Below, one piece after another: positions 1 to 10,500 of a stretch of 64,000 bases of DNA. The translations under genes were made by a program, and so were the position numbers. Location of the stretch: contig CBDBGH010000003.1 in the NCBI GenBank assembly GCA_965205265.1, positions 3,776,001-3,840,000 of the forward strand, written 5' to 3'. The DNA is from Alphaproteobacteria bacterium. Its GTDB lineage: Bacteria > Pseudomonadota > Alphaproteobacteria > Bin95. The notes under the pieces were generated by a model. The model was not told the origin of the DNA. It did no database searches and saw only the letters and a program-made list of their open reading frames with translations. Position 1 is the first letter of the stretch. The number at the start of each line of letters is the position of its first letter.

Positions 1-125
1 TCGGCCCAGTCGCCGCGGGCCGGCCGTCTCGGACGATCCCCGGCGAATTCCACCTGCTTGAATTCCCAGCTGCTGTCTTCGCCCGCCCGCAGCTGGCTTT
101 CGATGTCCCGGGCGCGGTAGTTCAT
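1..125 (-). CDS. N-terminus of AlbA_2/Schlafen-domain protein (runs off the window)
   Basis: Manual translation from ATG at 125: MNYRARDIESQLRAGEDSSWEFKQVEF, matching the GEdxxxEFK motif of AlbA_2 domains. Confidence 0.7.
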   Translation of the reverse strand, partial: MNYRARDIESQLRAGEDSSWEFKQVEFAGDRPRRPARGDWA

Positions 126-643
126 GCCCCGGCAATCCCGGCGGCCCTTGTAGCTCGCCGTGTGTGTCGTGGATCGCAGCTGTCCGGCGGTACCGTTTCG
201 ACCATATGGCGATCGGGCCATTGTCGGATGTCGCGCCGCTCCGGACCCGTGTCGATGCCCTCGCGCAGGCGGGCGCTGGAATAGACGGGGAATGCCCCGG
301 TTTCTCCAGACGGCTGCTCGCTACCCATCTTTCCGAATAACCGTGCTGGCACCGTCAGCCGACGAAAGCTGCCGTCGTCTTCCCGGTCCGTCATGTCCCC
401 ATGTCCTCGGCCCTGGCACGTGACGCTGCCGGGTGCAGCGTCCCTGCCGGGCGCTGGCCGTTGCGCTGGCAATTTCCCGACCGCCCCGCACGCCGACGGC
501 GACCGCTCGCCCGTCACTCCGGTCGGCCGCGACATGCGCCCCGCCGCCAGGAGGGAAAGGCTGGCCGTGAGCGGGGCGGCGGTCGGGTGCCCGGGAGAGG
601 GCGTTCGTCCGTTTCCCCTCATCGGCACGAAGGAGACGGCACC

Positions 644-973
644 ATGAGCGCAGCGATGGCATTCCCCCGCAACACGGCGGCAACCTTTCTCACCCATTTC
701 TTCGGACCCGGCCTGGCCGAAGACGACCGCTATGTGGTCGAGCGCTACCGCACGCTCGCGAACGGCGACATTCGGCCCTGCCCGGACGCCGCGCCGAAGG
801 GCGGCAGGCGCGGCAAGGCCCGGGCGATCACCGCGACCCTGAAGGCGGTCAGGGAGATGCGGCCCGAGCGCAACGAGATCATCATCTGCACCGGCCTCGG
901 CAGCCGGGGCGGGGTCCAGTACTGGGGTGTCTACGCCATGGGGCTCGGTATCGACCGCCGCCAGAAGGGCTGA
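644..973 (+). CDS. hypothetical protein (109 aa)
   Basis: AAGGAG RBS before ATG 644; first gene of a co-oriented cluster. Confidence 0.6.
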   Translation: MSAAMAFPRNTAATFLTHFFGPGLAEDDRYVVERYRTLANGDIRPCPDAAPKGGRRGKARAITATLKAVREMRPERNEIIICTGLGSRGGVQYWGVYAMGLGIDRRQKG

Positions 974-1057
974 CCGCCCCCTTCCCGGACGTCCGGCCGG
1001 CCCACCGCCGGCGGGGCGTCCGCCTTTCCCCTTGTTCCACGAACCGAGGAGGACGGC

Positions 1058-2308
1058 ATGGCCCATGCCGATCCGGAGATCCGCCGTGCGCGCGTCGCCA
1101 GACGCACCGCCGCGCGCACCGCCCGGGGCCTTTGTCCCCGCTGCGGAGACCGCCCGCCGGCGCCCGAGCGCCGCCTGTGCGCGCCCTGCAACGAGAAACA
1201 GAACGCGGCGGGCCGGGAACGCGACGCCCGCCTGCGGGCCGGCAGGAAACCCCGGCGCGACCCCGAACGGGCAAGGCGCCAGGGGCGCGAGCGCGACCGC
1301 AGGCTCTATGCCGAGAGGAAGGCGACCGGCATCTGCGTCAGGTGCGGCCGGGCCCCGGCACGCCCGGACCGCACGACCTGCGGGCCTTGCGCGGAGAAGC
1401 ATCGCGCGCGCGACCGCGAGCGCGACGCCCGGGCCAGGGCCCGGGGGATACCCTATGGCGGTCGCGACCCGGAAGCCCGGCGCCGGGCCGGACGGGAGCG
1501 CAGCCGCCGGCGCAGCGAGGCCCGCCAGGCCGCCGGGCTCTGTGTGCGCTGCGGCAACGTCCCGCCCGAGGACGGCCGGACCATGTGCGGGCCGTGCCGC
1601 GAGGACAGGCGGCAGGCCAAGAAAGAGCGCCATCACGGTCGCCGCGCCGCCCGCCTCTGCGTCCGGTGCGCGGCGCCCGCGCCGGACGGCAGGGCGTATT
1701 GCCCGTCCTGCGCCGGGATCCGGAGCAGGCGGCGGGACCGGAAGGCGAAGTGGGAAGCCGACCGCCGGCGCTATGCCGAACGGAAGGCCAGGGGCGATTG
1801 CACCAGTTGCGGCAAGCCGGCCCACGGCGCCGCCGAGTGCGCGGCCTGCCGCGACGCCGCCCGCGCCCGCTACGACACCCGCCGGGCCGCCGGGGTCTGC
1901 GTCAAGTGCCGGACCCCCACCTTCGATGGCGCCGTTTACTGCGCGCCCTGCGCCGTCGTCAGGGCCGAGCGCCGCGACCGCGAGGCCGAACACGCCGCCC
2001 GCCGCGACCGCTATGCCGATCGGAGGGCCGGGGGCCGCTGCGTCGCCTGCAACGCGCCCTCGCCGGGCGTGGCGCGTTGCGAGCCCTGTTCGCGCAGGCA
2101 CCGCGAGAGTTCGGGCGCGTTCCGCGGCATCCCGTTCTGGGACCCGCAGTATACGGTGATCGAGATCGCCACCGGGCGCGAGCACGGGCCGTTCGACAGC
2201 GAGGCCGATGTCGCGCTCTGCCTCGTCTTCGAGAAGCTCTTGCGCGACGAGGTCGAGGTGCTGTGCGACGCCAGCCCCATGAGTTCCTACACCGCGCCGG
2301 CCTGGTGA
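1058..2308 (+). CDS. Arg-rich protein with seven tandem CxxC-x(9-11)-CxxC zinc-ribbon repeats
   Basis: GAGGAGG RBS; repeats such as GLCPRCG...LCAPC, GICVRCG...TCGPC, GVCVKC...YCAPC; acidic C-terminal domain. Confidence 0.85.
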   Translation: MAHADPEIRRARVARRTAARTARGLCPRCGDRPPAPERRLCAPCNEKQNAAGRERDARLRAGRKPRRDPERARRQGRERDRRLYAERKATGICVRCGRAPARPDRTTCGPCAEKHRARDRERDARARARGIPYGGRDPEARRRAGRERSRRRSEARQAAGLCVRCGNVPPEDGRTMCGPCREDRRQAKKERHHGRRAARLCVRCAAPAPDGRAYCPSCAGIRSRRRDRKAKWEADRRRYAERKARGDCTSCGKPAHGAAECAACRDAARARYDTRRAAGVCVKCRTPTFDGAVYCAPCAVVRAERRDREAEHAARRDRYADRRAGGRCVACNAPSPGVARCEPCSRRHRESSGAFRGIPFWDPQYTVIEIATGREHGPFDSEADVALCLVFEKLLRDEVEVLCDASPMSSYTAPAW

Positions 2309-2486
2309 GCCGGCGCGCCTCCGGGTCGGGCGCGGCGGGTGTCTTCCCTGCCGCGCCGCCACCCTGTCTCCGCCGGGGCCGGCGTCCCGGAGTTGAAGGA
2401 GGGCTTTCGCGGGGGCGAGCGCCCGGGAGGGCCGGGGGAGTGGTTTCTCCGGCCGGATGTCCGGGCGCCGTCCAGGGGAGATGCCC

Positions 2487-2630
2487 ATGTCCGAGTTCTT
2501 CCACGACACCGACGCCGATGCGGCAACCGACACCGAACGCGCCGCGCCGGCCTGCGACGAACTGCTGGCCGAGGCCGGTCTCGACAGCCGGGCCATCCGC
2601 GAGGTCCTCGCCGGCCGCGACGCAGAGTGA
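2487..2630 (+). CDS. small acidic hypothetical protein (47 aa)
   Basis: GGGGAG RBS; MSEFFHDTDADAATDTERAAPACDELLAEAGLDSRAIREVLAGRDAE. Confidence 0.45.
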   Translation: MSEFFHDTDADAATDTERAAPACDELLAEAGLDSRAIREVLAGRDAE

Positions 2631-2731
2631 AGGAAAGCGGGGAGAAGATGAGCGGCAGGGGGCCGGGGAGAGGGTTCTCCGGTCCCGGCCGCTCGACCAT
2701 CGTCAGCAACCAGACCTGAAGGAGCATCGCA

Positions 2732-3193
2732 ATGAGCTTCGGAATGAACCGCGTCGAACTGATCGGCCGCCTCGGCGCCGACGTCACCGTCAACCATCTC
2801 GCCTCCGGCGGCCGCGTGGCCAATCTCAGCATCGCCACCGACGAATCCTATCTCGACCGCCAGACCGGCGAGCGGGTCGACCGGACCGAGTGGCACCGGG
2901 TCGTGACCTTCCAGAACGGCCTCATCGACATGCTGGAGCGGCATGCGAAGAAGGGCCGGCTGGTCCACGCCGAGGGCAAGCTCCAGACCCGGCGGTGGAA
3001 GAAGGAGGGCGAGGACTCCGACCGCTTCTCCACCGAGATCCTGATCGTGCCCGGCCACAGGATCCAGTTCCTCGACAAGCCCGCCGGCGCGAACGGGAAC
3101 GGCGCCCAGGCCGGGACCGCCCAGCCGGCGGCGAACGGCGAGGCCATGCCGGCCGACGGCACCGGGGAGGCCGGGGACATCATCCCGTTCTGA
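2732..3193 (+). CDS. ssb: single-stranded DNA-binding protein
   Basis: MNRVELIGRLGAD, TEWHRVV, EGKLQTRRW and acidic tail DIIPF; AAGGAG RBS. Confidence 0.97.
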   Translation: MSFGMNRVELIGRLGADVTVNHLASGGRVANLSIATDESYLDRQTGERVDRTEWHRVVTFQNGLIDMLERHAKKGRLVHAEGKLQTRRWKKEGEDSDRFSTEILIVPGHRIQFLDKPAGANGNGAQAGTAQPAANGEAMPADGTGEAGDIIPF

Positions 3194-3437
3194 GCCGGTC
3201 ACGCTTCCTATCTCCCAACTCGGGCGGCCGCTGCGCGGTCGCCCCTTTTTTGCTGCCGGTTTCGAGGCTTCTCCCGGTCGGACCATGCGCCCGTGCTTCG
3301 TGCGGAGCGTCCTCCCTCAGCCGGAGGAAATCCGTGAAGCGGCCCGCTCCCGGCCCCGGATCATGCCCCGGAAAGCCCTGCGGGAGCAAGAGGAAGGCAG
3401 GGGCCGGGCAAGCCGGCCCAGGGAGAGGAGGGAGCCG

Positions 3438-3794
3438 ATGGACGCCGTCATCAATCTCAGACACGAGCCGAAGCTGCGCGAGAAGTTCGACCATGCGCAG
3501 GTCGTGAACGGCACCGTGCTGATCGACCGCCGCACGAAGTGGGGCAACCCGTTCAGGATCTCTCCGGCCTGTTCGAGAGAGCAGGCGGTCGCCCGCTACC
3601 GCGCCGACCTCTGGCGGCGCATCCGCGCCGGCGAGATCGAGCTGGAGGCGCTGGCCGCGCTGCATGGCCGCCGCCTCGCATGCTGGTGCGCGCCGCTGCC
3701 CTGTCACGGCCACGGGCTGGCCCGCGCGGCGGCCTGGGCGGCGCAGGTGCTGGCGGAACGCAGCGCCCGCCAGGCGGAGGGGGGCGCATCATGA
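3438..3794 (+). CDS. DUF4326-like protein
   Basis: IDRRTKWGNPF and LACWCAPLPCHG motifs; GAGGAGG RBS. Confidence 0.85.
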   Translation: MDAVINLRHEPKLREKFDHAQVVNGTVLIDRRTKWGNPFRISPACSREQAVARYRADLWRRIRAGEIELEALAALHGRRLACWCAPLPCHGHGLARAAAWAAQVLAERSARQAEGGAS

Positions 3795-4018
3795 GCAACA
3801 TCGCCTTCCGCCGTATCGCCCCGGACGAATCCCGCATCTACTGCGACGGCGACCATGTCGGCGACATCTACGCGCTCGACGATCCGCTGCGCGAGGGCGC
3901 GCGGTATTTCGTGATCCATCTCGACGAGGATCCGCGCGGCCCCCACCGCGTCCATGACCGCAACCGCATCCGCGAGGCAACCGAGCAGCGGATCCTCTCG
4001 CATCCGTTCCGGAGATGA
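3791..4018 (+). CDS. hypothetical protein (75 aa)
   Basis: ATGA overlap with the upstream gene; MSNIAFRRIAPDESRIYCDGDHVGDIY. Confidence 0.65.
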   Translation: MSNIAFRRIAPDESRIYCDGDHVGDIYALDDPLREGARYFVIHLDEDPRGPHRVHDRNRIREATEQRILSHPFRR

Positions 4019-4455
4019 CCGGCCATGGCTGTCAAATTGCGCGCTCCGCTTGCAAGGCAGGCCGACAGGCCCGGGGATGCTCCCGCAGGCCGTGCCGGGC
4101 AGCAGCGCCCATCGGGTCCGTGCAAGGGGAGAGAATTTGCCTGTCTGCGTGCTGTCCCATTGTGCCACACGGGCTCACTGCACCAACCCCGCCTGCGGCG
4201 GGGTCCTCCACTCCGCTCACGCTCCGTTCCGGCCGGGACTCGGAATGAAACGGCGCTGAAGCGCCTAGGCCCGGCGGAATGCGCGACCGTGGCTCCGCGC
4301 TCGCTTCGCTCGCTTGTGCGCCCGCACCACCCGCGCATCCCGCCGGGCCATTCATTCCGGACCCGGTGCTTCCGCTGCGCGCGCGTGACCCAACAGGACA
4401 TCACTTCGGGGCACACCGCCCCGAGCGCTGCAACCCGATCGTCAAGGAGATCGTC

Positions 4456-5388
4456 ATGACCCTCATCGAAAACATCGACACCGTCGAGAGCGACGGACAG
4501 TCCGTCACCGCGACCGTCTGCGACAACGCCGCCCTCTACAGCGCAACACCCGAGCGCGACGAGTTCGACCCCCGCGTCATCTGGGACAAGGACGATGCGC
4601 TGACCGCCGTCGAGGAAGCCTTCCGCATCCTCGGCGAAGGCGTCTGCCCCGACGGCACACAGCTCGCCGACGAGCGCGAACACCTGCTCTGGGGCTTCGT
4701 CAACATGCTTCACGCCCAGACGCAGCGCATCGACCGCAGCGTCGATCGGCTCACCCCCGAACTCCGCGACCTCCAGCGCGACCAGGACGGAACCGAGATC
4801 AGGTCCCGCGAACTCGAACTCGTCACCCACCGCGCGCAGAACCTCGGAGACCGACGCGACGCCTTCGAGACCCTGCGCGATGCGGTGGCCGAACAGTACC
4901 GCGCCGAGACCGGCGACACCTGGCGGCCCCGGCGCGGCAGCCACGTCAGCCAGACCGGCAGGCTGACCAGCGCCGCCATCGACGCCCGCGACTTCATCCG
5001 CGCCCGCAAGGAGGCTGAGACCACGGCGCACCTGCCGCAAGGCACCCTCGTCGCCATCGCAGGCGGCAAGGACATCGCCAACCCCGACGCGGTGATCCGC
5101 ATGCTCGACAGGACCCGCGCTAAGCATGCGGATATGGTGCTCGTCCACGGCGGCGGACCCGGCGTCGAGAGGATCGCCGCGCGCTGGGCCGAACGCAACG
5201 GCGTCCACCAGATCGTCTGCAAGCCCGACTGGGACCGCCACGGACGCGCCGCGCCCTTCCGCCGCAACGACGAATTGCTCAACCTCCTGCCCAGGGGCGT
5301 CATCGCCTTCCCCGGCTCCGGCATCACAGAGAACCTCGTGGACAAGGCAAGGCAGCTCGGTATCCCCGTGATGACGGCCAGTGCATAG
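4456..5388 (+). CDS. DUF2493 / YspA-like SLOG-domain protein with N-terminal coiled coil
   Basis: AAGGAG RBS; VAIAGG, LVHGG, AAPFRRND, IAFPGSGITENLVDKA motifs typical of plasmid-borne SLOG proteins. Confidence 0.85.
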   Translation: MTLIENIDTVESDGQSVTATVCDNAALYSATPERDEFDPRVIWDKDDALTAVEEAFRILGEGVCPDGTQLADEREHLLWGFVNMLHAQTQRIDRSVDRLTPELRDLQRDQDGTEIRSRELELVTHRAQNLGDRRDAFETLRDAVAEQYRAETGDTWRPRRGSHVSQTGRLTSAAIDARDFIRARKEAETTAHLPQGTLVAIAGGKDIANPDAVIRMLDRTRAKHADMVLVHGGGPGVERIAARWAERNGVHQIVCKPDWDRHGRAAPFRRNDELLNLLPRGVIAFPGSGITENLVDKARQLGIPVMTASA

Positions 5389-6329
5389 GCCGCACCGCAG
5401 CGCGGGCCGCACCGTCGCTCCGGCGGCGGCGCGGTCCGCTTCTTCTTGCGCACACACTTCGCGCGGCAACGCCATCCGCACGGGCGCTTCGCCCTGCCCC
5501 GGACCACGATCGGGGGCCCCGCTCGCGATCGACACCGTGATCGGCATCTCCGGCAGCGCCGTCGGTGCTGGCGACCGCCAGCCCGATCGCCGGCCAAGGC
5601 AGCAGCGCCTTGCGGCTGTCGCCGCCATCGCGCGCTGTCGCCTGCATCGCTCCCCGCACTCCCGCCGATCCTCGTGACGGCGCTCCCGTCGGAACCGCCG
5701 GCACCGCCCCCGGCGCCGCGCTCGACACTTCGTCCCTCCGTGGTGTCGCCACCGCCGCCCGCATCAGGCGCCGCGGAGGCTCCGAGCCGCCGTATTCGCC
5801 GGCGCCGATTCCCCCATCGCTCATACATCGCAAATCGTGCTCAGACGGGCCCGCGCCCGTCTCGGTCCACACACCGGAACGCAGGTCCCCTGCGGGTTGC
5901 GGCATGGGATGACAGGCGCTGCCTGGCACCGCCAGGAGTGGACAGGCGCCGCCAGAATCCTGCCGGCGCAACGCGGATCGAGCGCCACCGATTTGTGTTC
6001 GCCGGATCGTCGTACCGGGGCGCAGTCCAGCGCGCACCTGCCGCCAAAAGCAGTCAGGGTGGTTGCGATTTGCGCCAGGGCGCGTGACCGTGTGTTCGCC
6101 GTGCAGGCTCTCGAAACACGGAAACAACACGCCCCCGGGACCGGCATCCGGGTCGCGGCGGCGCCCTTCAGGGCGTTCGGCAGCGGTGGCCGGCGGGGCG
6201 GATGAAGAAGGGTACGGCGGCCCTGTGGGGCGGACCGGGCCCGGCCGCAAACGGGCCGCCGGCGTGCTGTTTCAGGGCCGGAATTTCATTGCGGCCGGCG
6301 GACAGTTCGATCTGGAAAGGGCAGAAGGG

Positions 6330-6716
6330 ATGGCGGGAAAGGAACGGAAAAATCCCGAGACCGGGAAGAAACCTGCGGAGAACCGGAGCAATGCGCGCCG
6401 GCAGCGCTCGACCCGCTTCTCCGATTCCGAGTGGGACCTGATCCGGCGGGCCGCCGCGCGGCACGGCATGTCCCCCGGCGAACTCGTGCGGTCGAGCGCG
6501 GTCGCCGCTGCCGAAGACCGCCTGGGTGAGCTTCCCCCGGCCACCTTGTCGAAGGGCCACGCCGCGCTCATCGAGGAGATCTACCGCCTCGTCTACGTGA
6601 TGGCGACGCTCGACCGGGAGGAGATGCTCGACGTCGAACGCGAGAAAGAGCTCGACGACCTCGTCGCCGCCGCCCGCAGGAGCATGACGGAGACGATGGG
6701 CGAGGGCCCGGCGTGA
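6330..6716 (+). CDS. ribbon-helix-helix relaxosome accessory / mobilization protein
   Basis: RSTRFSDSEWDLIRRAAARHGMSPGELVRS RHH pattern; convergent with the relaxase remnant. Confidence 0.6.
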   Translation: MAGKERKNPETGKKPAENRSNARRQRSTRFSDSEWDLIRRAAARHGMSPGELVRSSAVAAAEDRLGELPPATLSKGHAALIEEIYRLVYVMATLDREEMLDVEREKELDDLVAAARRSMTETMGEGPA

Positions 6717-6851
6717 AGATCCGGGCGATGGATGTGCGCATTCGATCTGCCGCCCGAGACAAGGACATTGCGAGTCCGCCACGAGATTCCATCGATGTTC
6801 GGGAGCGGACCGCGTCCGGGGAAGTCCGAAAGGAGGTCCCGAAGGCTGCAA

Positions 6852-7332
6852 TCAGAGGCCGAGGTTCATGTCGATGCGTTTCTCTTGGACCGGCGTCTCG
6901 GGCTCCGGCGCCTTGTGCCTTGCCGGAACCGGCTCGATTTCCCGCGCCGGCTGGTGCGGCGCGGACGCCTCCGGGCTCGTCCGTTCCCTGTCGAGCGACG
7001 CCTTCCCGTCCTTTTGCTGCCCGCGTTCGCGCTCCGGGCGGAGGCTCTCGCCGATGCCTTCGAGGGCCGAGATGCGCTCGCCTGTGACCGCTTCCAGCCG
7101 CTCCTTCAGCGCCTGCACGTCGTCCGTGACCAGCTCCGCCCGGGCGCGCGCGGGATATCTCGACATAGAACGCCTTGGCCGTGGTCAGGTTGGGGTGGTT
7201 CGCTTCCATCGCCGCGATCACGTTGTCGACCGTACGGCCCTGAAAGGCATGCACGGTTGCGGCCCGTGCGTGATCCAGATGGCACAACTGCGGATCGCCC
7301 GGCGTCAGGGTGAGCCTGCGCCCCTCCTCCAG
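6852..7332 (-). pseudogene. 3' remnant of a MOBF relaxase-helicase (diverged duplicate of 14416-14898) with a frameshift
   Basis: Encodes HAFQGRTVDNVIAAMEANHPNLTTAKAFYVEISRAR; 2-nt deletion near 7145-7152 relative to the intact copy; no start. Confidence 0.9.
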
Positions 7333-7342
7333 TAACGGGCGA

Positions 7343-7375
7343 TAAAACGAGAGGGGAGAGACAACGTCTCTCCCC
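7343..7375 (-). terminator. intrinsic terminator of tracrRNA
   Basis: GGGGAGAGAC-GTT-GTCTCTCCCC followed by TCTCGTTTT on the minus strand. Confidence 0.75.
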
Positions 7376-7470
7376 ATATTCGTCTGGCAGCCCTCCATGG
7401 AAAGCTGCCTTACTGTAGTTGCTACTGCAAGCAGTTGCACAGCTTTACGCCGCTGCTCTCCAAAACAGCA
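7343..7470 (-). ncRNA. tracrRNA with split anti-repeat
   Basis: Anti-repeat blocks 7458-7470 and 7412-7423, followed by AAGGC nexus, hairpin 7386-7409 and terminator hairpin 7353-7375 plus U-tract; TTGACT -35 at 7504-7499. Confidence 0.85.
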
Positions 7471-7538
7471 GCCAATGCTTGCACCAGTCCCGCGCGCAAG
7501 TCAACATATTCTCGGAATCTTGCTGTCGGGGACTTTTC

Positions 7539-10500
7539 ATGAAGGTCGGATGGGGCATCGATGTCGGCGTCGGCAGTCTCGGCTTCGCAGTCATCGAACT
7601 GGATACGGCGAACCGCCCGGCACGGCTGATCGACGGCGTTGCGCTCTTTTATCCCGCGCCCACAGGCGGGGCGGGGCGGACCCGCCACAAATCCATGCGG
7701 ACGCAATACGGCCGCCGCGCCGACCGGGTAAAGGCGTTGCGCGCGTATCTCGTTCGCCTGCTCAACCTCGGTCCCGGCTTCTCCGACACCCCTGCGGGAC
7801 GCAGTACCGAGCGTGTCCCGCTGCGGGCGAAGGGCCTTGAGAGCCGCTTGAAAGCCGGCGATCTGGCCCGCGCCATCCTGCATATCGCGAAGAACCGGGG
7901 CCAGCGCCTGACACGGGGGCTCAGGGACGACTCCAAGGCCGACGCCAAGCAACAGGAAAAGAGCGCCAGGGAACGCCAGTCCATGGCGCACACGGCCAAC
8001 ACGACAAAAAACGAACTCGCGGCGCTCGGCGAAAGGCTGGGACTCGACGGCCCCGCCCACCCCTCGCAATTGCTAATGCGCAAGGCCGGCAAGAGGAGAA
8101 CGACCCGGCTGAAGAAAGACCGGGAAGGGATGCCGGTCTTCACTCGCCCCATGATGCAGGCGGAACTGGACGCGCTGCTGGAGACTCAACAGCCTTACCA
8201 CGAAGCGCTAACGGACATGGCTTGCGAGCAACTCAGGGAGATGGTGTTCGAGGAAGCGGAGCCGAAAGCGCCGTCCATCGGCAAATGCCGCTACGGCGTC
8301 CGCGGCGCCGATGGTGAAATCGAAACGCGGCTGTCGCGCGGCAGCGACTTGTTTCAACGCAAGCGCATCTACGAGGAAGTGAACAATCTGCGTCTGATAT
8401 CGTCGCGAACGGCGGCGGAACGGCCCTTGGATATGGCGCAGCGCGACCGTCTTGCCTTCCTGTTGCTCGATGGGCAGGACCTGACTGCGGCGGGAGTGCG
8501 CACAGCGCTGGGTTTGAGGCGCGGCGCGCTGGCCGACATGACCAGTCTGGATATCCGGCGCAAAGGCAGGAAAACGGCCGGCGAACTCAAGGGCCATCCG
8601 CTTGCCGCCGCCATGAGCAAGGCGGATGCGCTCGAACAGTGGCGGGGTTTCGATGAGGAGCGGCGTGAAAAGATCGCAAGTCTTGTACGCACGGAAGACG
8701 ACCGGGACATCTTGAACACCAAATTGAAAGAGCTCGACCTGCCGCCGGACGCCATTCAGGTGCTTTCGGATGCACGCCTGCCCGCCGCCCATTCCGCCGC
8801 CGGTGCGACGGCGACCCGGAAGCTGCTGGCTGAACTGGAAGCAGAGGTCATCCCGCACGACAAAGCAGAACAGCGGGCCGGACTCGAATCTCTCGATCAG
8901 GAACCGCCAAGTCTCGATCGGTTGCCCTACTACGGGGAAGTCCTGCAAGGATGGTGCATCGGGGGAAGCGGTGCGCCCGGAGACGCCGACGAAGCCCGTC
9001 TAGGCCGCATTTCGAATCCGGTCGTCCATGTGGCACTCAACCAGCTACGCAAGACCGCCAACGATTATCTGAAGCTCTACGGCAAGCCTGCGCAAATCTG
9101 CATCGAACTGGCCCGCGACCTGAACAGGAGCGCCGAGGAGCGTGACAACGCCGAAAAGGAGAATCTCAAAAACCGTAAGGAGAACGAAGCGCATATCGAG
9201 TCTCTGGGCGCCCATAAGCGCAAGCTCAAACCCGAAGACCTGAAACGAATGAGACTCCATAGAATGCAGGGCGGGGAATGCCTGTACACGGGAGAACCGA
9301 TCTGCATGGAGCACCTTTTCGACGGGTCGGTTGAGATCGACCATATACTGCCTTACGCCACGACCGGAGACGACGGCATCCCCAATCTGGCTTTAGTGTT
9401 CAAGGAAGCCAATCAATTCAAACGCAAGAGGCCTCCTTTCGAGGCATTCAGCGGTGGATACAAGGGCAAGGACTATGAGCATATCCTCAAGCGCGCGAAG
9501 CTCCGCGGCGGGAGCGTGTATTGGCGTTTCAAAGAGGATGCCATGAAGCGTTACGAGGACCGGGAAGAATTCCAACGCAGGTTCCTCAACGATACGCGCT
9601 ACATTGCAAGAATGGCGGCGCGTTATCTGTCTTGCGTATGCAAAGACCCGGATAACGGCGTCGTCAGCCTGAATGGTCGAATCACGTCGGACCTCCGCTA
9701 CTTGTGGGGCCTCCATACCGTAATCCGAGACATAATGGTGGAGGAAGGACGGCTTGATATCGGCGATATTCTGTCCCCCAGAGACGGTGAAACTCTCGAG
9801 GAAAGGCAAGCGCGCCTCAAACGCGCCGACAAGGTACGCTGGGACCATCGGCACCACTTGCTGGACGCGGTCGTTGCCGCCTGCACAACCCGAAGCGATG
9901 TGCAGCGCCTCCAGACGCTGGCGGCGCGTGATACAGGCAACGAGAGCGCCAGAGAAATTCTGGCCCAAATTCGTTACACCGAACCGAACTTTGAGAATAT
10001 TGGCATATGTTGGCAGGATGGGTTTCGGAGGACAGTAAAGGCTTTTCTGGAAGGCTGGAGACCCGCCGAAGCGACGGACAAACCGCCCGCCACCGCCGTG
10101 GTCGTGAAGGCCGATCACGATCCGCGAGGCCAACTGCACGAAGCGACGAACTACGGCCTTATATGCGAAGTCCCGGGCGAGCGGGACAAATATGTCGCCC
10201 GGGACCATGTCTCGATTTCGGAATTGGAGGTGAAACAAATCGAGAAGCTCGGTGTGCCCGAAACCGCAATCCGGGCTGTCGAGCGAGCGAAGGAGCAGGG
10301 CGCGCGCTTCTGGTGGGGCGGACACGACCCCGTGTCTTCCCTGCGCAATAATCTGGCCCCTGATTTGGAGAAGATGCGTGCCAGGCTTCTCGAATTGATG
10401 CAGGAAGCGCCACCCGAGGCTCTGGAAAACGCGCGCACGGCCAGAGGCCAGCAAAAGGCGCGGGCGGAGTGGGCGAAAAAGCGGTACATCGTGGAAACAA

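Noticed and set aside
122-3286. Long antisense ORFs (also 14518-17385, 19291-22926, 24335-26785, 42293-44959)
   Set aside because: Shadow frames of real genes in high-GC DNA, without recognisable motifs
5864-5887. TGCGTTCCGGTGTGTGG (minus strand) resembling an F-like nic site
   Set aside because: Spacing differs from known MOBF nic motifs and no clear adjacent inverted repeat; too weak to call
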